From Alphaproteobacteria bacterium (lineage in GTDB: Bacteria; Pseudomonadota; Alphaproteobacteria; SP197), in NCBI GenBank assembly GCA_964291265.2, contig OZ219747.1, forward strand, positions 832,001 to 896,000: a stretch of DNA of 64,000 nt. Reading direction: 5' to 3'. Made by a program: the position numbers and the translations under genes. Position 1 is the first letter of the stretch; every line of letters begins with the position of its first letter. This document shows positions 61,639-64,000 of this stretch, piece by piece. Under the pieces are notes generated by a model, which was not told where the DNA came from, searched no databases, and worked only from the letters and a program-made list of their open reading frames with translations.

Positions 61639-62995
61639 AGGCGAGGCGCTCCTCGACGCCGCTTCCGGACGGGCGGATGTCGAAGTTTCGCACCAGCATG
61701 GCGAGCACCGTGCGGATCTGGGCAAGAGCGATGTTGCGGCCCGGACAGAGCCGCGGGCCAGCGCCGAACGGGAGGAAGGCGCGCGGGTCATGGGGTGAAG
61801 GCCTGTCCCCGGCAAGCCAGCGTTCAGGCTCGAAACGGCCGGCGTTGGCGAAATGATCCTCGCGGGTGGCTTCGCGGCGGACCAGCATCATGATCGTCGT
61901 GCCGCGGGGAACGTGGCAGCCCATGAGTTCGACGTCGCTGACCGGCTCCAGGACATGAAGGGGCGCCACTGGCTTGAGGCGCATGGATTCGTTGTTGAAG
62001 GCATCGATGAATGGAAGCTGTTTCGTCTGTTCCAGGGTTTCGATGGTGTGAGCCGGTGCGATGACCCTGTCGACTTCCAGGCGTGCCCGCTCGAAGTGCT
62101 CCGGATGCCGCAGGAAGTAGTGAACGGCCCAGCCGGTGGAATTGGCGGTCGTGTCCTCGCCGGCCAGCAACAGCGTTCCGGCGTTGGCAAGGATCTCCGC
62201 GTCGGTGAAGCCCGATCCCTCCTCCTCCACGGCAGCAAGAATGGCTTCGATGAAATTGGTCGGCTCCGGTTTCGCCGCCATGCGCTCCCTTGCGGTGCGG
62301 ACCATGGCGTTCACTTCCTCCTCGAGACCATCGAGTGCCCGGTCGAGCGCCCGGTCCGACGGCATCCGCAGATAGCGCCAGTAGGGAAAGGGTGCATTGA
62401 CGCGCCGATGTAGCACGGGGAACACCTTGTCGAGATGGCGCTGGATCACGGGCCCGGGGGTTTCCAGCGTGTTGGCGTCGATACCGAAGGCAAGGCTGAT
62501 GGTGACGTCGACCGTGAATCGCATGAGATCGCTGCAGAGATCGATTGCGTCGCCTCGATCGGCTGCCCGCTGCCAGCGCCGGCGCAGGCGTTCGGCCGTT
62601 GTGACAAGGCGCGGGAAGAAGTTCTCGAGATGTGCGCGGTTGAGAGCGGCGGCAACGATCCTGCGCTGACGCTTCCAGTCGTCTCCCTCGGCGGCAAAGA
62701 CGCCCCTCAATCTCATTTCCGTCGCCACCGATTCCAGCGCCCGCGTGCGCCGGAACGCCTGCGGGCGCTGGACGAGGAGTCTCTGGATCGTGGCCCGGTC
62801 CGACACCACGACGACATCGGAAGGCCCGAATCGGATTCTGAAGAGTGGACCGTAACGATCCGCCCATGTCTCGAGATCCAGATGCAGCCTCGAGAACCGG
62901 ATCTGGTGAAGGTTGCCGATGAGCGGGAGGCCTCCCGGTCCGGGGAGATCCCGGATGCCGGACGGTTGCGAGACGGTGTTGCTCATCTGCGTCAT
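61550..62995 (-). CDS. Cytochrome P450
   Basis: LAGEDTT I-helix, ESMR (ExxR), PERW, PFGAGPRLCPG heme-binding motif; AGGAGG RBS. Confidence 0.95.
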   Translation of the reverse strand: MTQMSNTVSQPSGIRDLPGPGGLPLIGNLHQIRFSRLHLDLETWADRYGPLFRIRFGPSDVVVVSDRATIQRLLVQRPQAFRRTRALESVATEMRLRGVFAAEGDDWKRQRRIVAAALNRAHLENFFPRLVTTAERLRRRWQRAADRGDAIDLCSDLMRFTVDVTISLAFGIDANTLETPGPVIQRHLDKVFPVLHRRVNAPFPYWRYLRMPSDRALDRALDGLEEEVNAMVRTARERMAAKPEPTNFIEAILAAVEEEGSGFTDAEILANAGTLLLAGEDTTANSTGWAVHYFLRHPEHFERARLEVDRVIAPAHTIETLEQTKQLPFIDAFNNESMRLKPVAPLHVLEPVSDVELMGCHVPRGTTIMMLVRREATREDHFANAGRFEPERWLAGDRPSPHDPRAFLPFGAGPRLCPGRNIALAQIRTVLAMLVRNFDIRPSGSGVEERLAFTMFPANLRVRLAPRPASDRFGRDPPSAP

Positions 62996-63190
62996 GGCGA
63001 CCTCCTGCGTGCGAAGAACAAGGTGTCGAGTGCCGGCAGCAACAGCACTGCCTCCGCCATGCTGACGACGAACATGAACGTCAGGATGGCGCTTACCATG
63101 TCGGCCTGGAACCGGAGCGGTGCGAAGATTGAGGTCGCCACGCCCGTGGCGAGCGTGAACCCCGTGAACATGACGCCGCTTCCCGATGTG
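62992..63190 (-). pseudogene. RND/MMPL transporter C-terminal remnant
   Basis: GSGVMFTGFTLATGVATSIFAPLRFQADM...LTFMFVVSMAEAVLLLPAL; stop overlaps the P450 start. Confidence 0.7.
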
Positions 63191-63479
63191 GCAGGAGTCC
63201 CTATCCCACGGAGGCTTACAGGGGAAAGTTGACATTTTACTCTATTCGGTGGTGCGGTATGCGCTTTCATGCTATATATAGAGCTCCATTGCATTCCTCG
63301 GTGTGGCAGCGCAGGGCGACACTCCGTTGGCCGCTGTTGTCCGGCTCCCCGTCCGCGCGGCGCTGAACCGACAGGAAACGAGATTCATGGGCCGCCACGC
63401 TGGAGGGCGGAAGTCCGCATTGATGGCGTGTGCCGGGAGACCGAACATGCGGCCCCGTTCGGTGATGCCGGCGCCGATT

Positions 63480-64000
63480 TCATTCTTCTGCCACGGGAAC
63501 CGGTAGAAACCCTCGACCGGGAGACTGGTGGAGGCACCAAGATTGATGCCATGGACACGGGGACAGACCCGTCGTGCAACTCCTGGCCCGGTGTCCGGAA
63601 GAGGTCGACATCGAACGGATCGATGACACCGACGCCGTTGCGGAGGAATGTGCTCTCACCCCGGTTCGGCACCTGGTTGCCGGCGTCGACAGTCGTGGCC
63701 GCGCAGAGGTCGAGAACCCGGCCCGCGACATTCCTGGAGCCATCGGTGCGTGATATCTGGTTCAGCGCTCGGCGCTGGTTCTCGAAGTCGACGAAACCGT
63801 GGGTGAGGGCAAGGATATCGAGCCTCTCGGCGTTGGCCTTGAATTCCGCGGCGATGCCCTTGCCGTGGTGCCGTGCGCCGTCATCGGAATTCGCGCCAGT
63901 CGAGGTCGTGCCTGCCGATTCCACGCGGAAGGTCGCGTTGTGCGTGACCGTCACGCCGGTGTGCATCTCGATGTCGCCGACGTTGGCGACCGCGGCACCC
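63480..64000 (-). pseudogene. Degraded DUF1302-like outer membrane protein fragment (runs off the window edge)
   Basis: NSDDG, FVDFEN, GNQVPNRGESTFLRNGVGVIDPFDVDLFRTPGQEL resemble DUF1302 motifs. Confidence 0.55.

Noticed and set aside
63229-63260. TTGACA as a sigma70 promoter
   Set aside because: No -10 element at proper spacing and no credible plus-strand gene downstream.

Overview
High-GC (about 67% by eye) bacterial chromosomal segment, most likely an alphaproteobacterium. This is inferred from the rpsP-rimM-trmD-rplS-leuCDB-asd order, the ccmABCDE genes and an HlyU-like protein. Intact housekeeping and catabolic genes include recB/recD, ccmABCDE-ctaA, pgi/pgm, hutH, agmatinase, TRAP and ABC transport genes, several oxygenases, a P450 and tRNA-Ala(CGC). 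They are mixed with many decayed genes and mobile-element remnants. The main feature is 25173-34022, where an AAA/DUF4143 gene is split by a four-layer nest whose junctions can be read directly. (1) An IS66-family element, TSD CATTGTGG. (2) A 660-nt ORF-less group II intron inside its transposase; removing it restores the reading frame. (3) A transposase-free cassette of about 2.37 kb with IS66-type ends (TSD CGCTTACC) and about 170-bp inverted arms, carrying one AAA-ATPase/PD-(D/E)XK nuclease gene. (4) A DUF4338-IS4 element in the cassette's right end, TSD GGGGGGGTG. A family of about 120-bp MITEs with IS66 ends is scattered through the window. All protein family calls come from motif recognition, not database searches.
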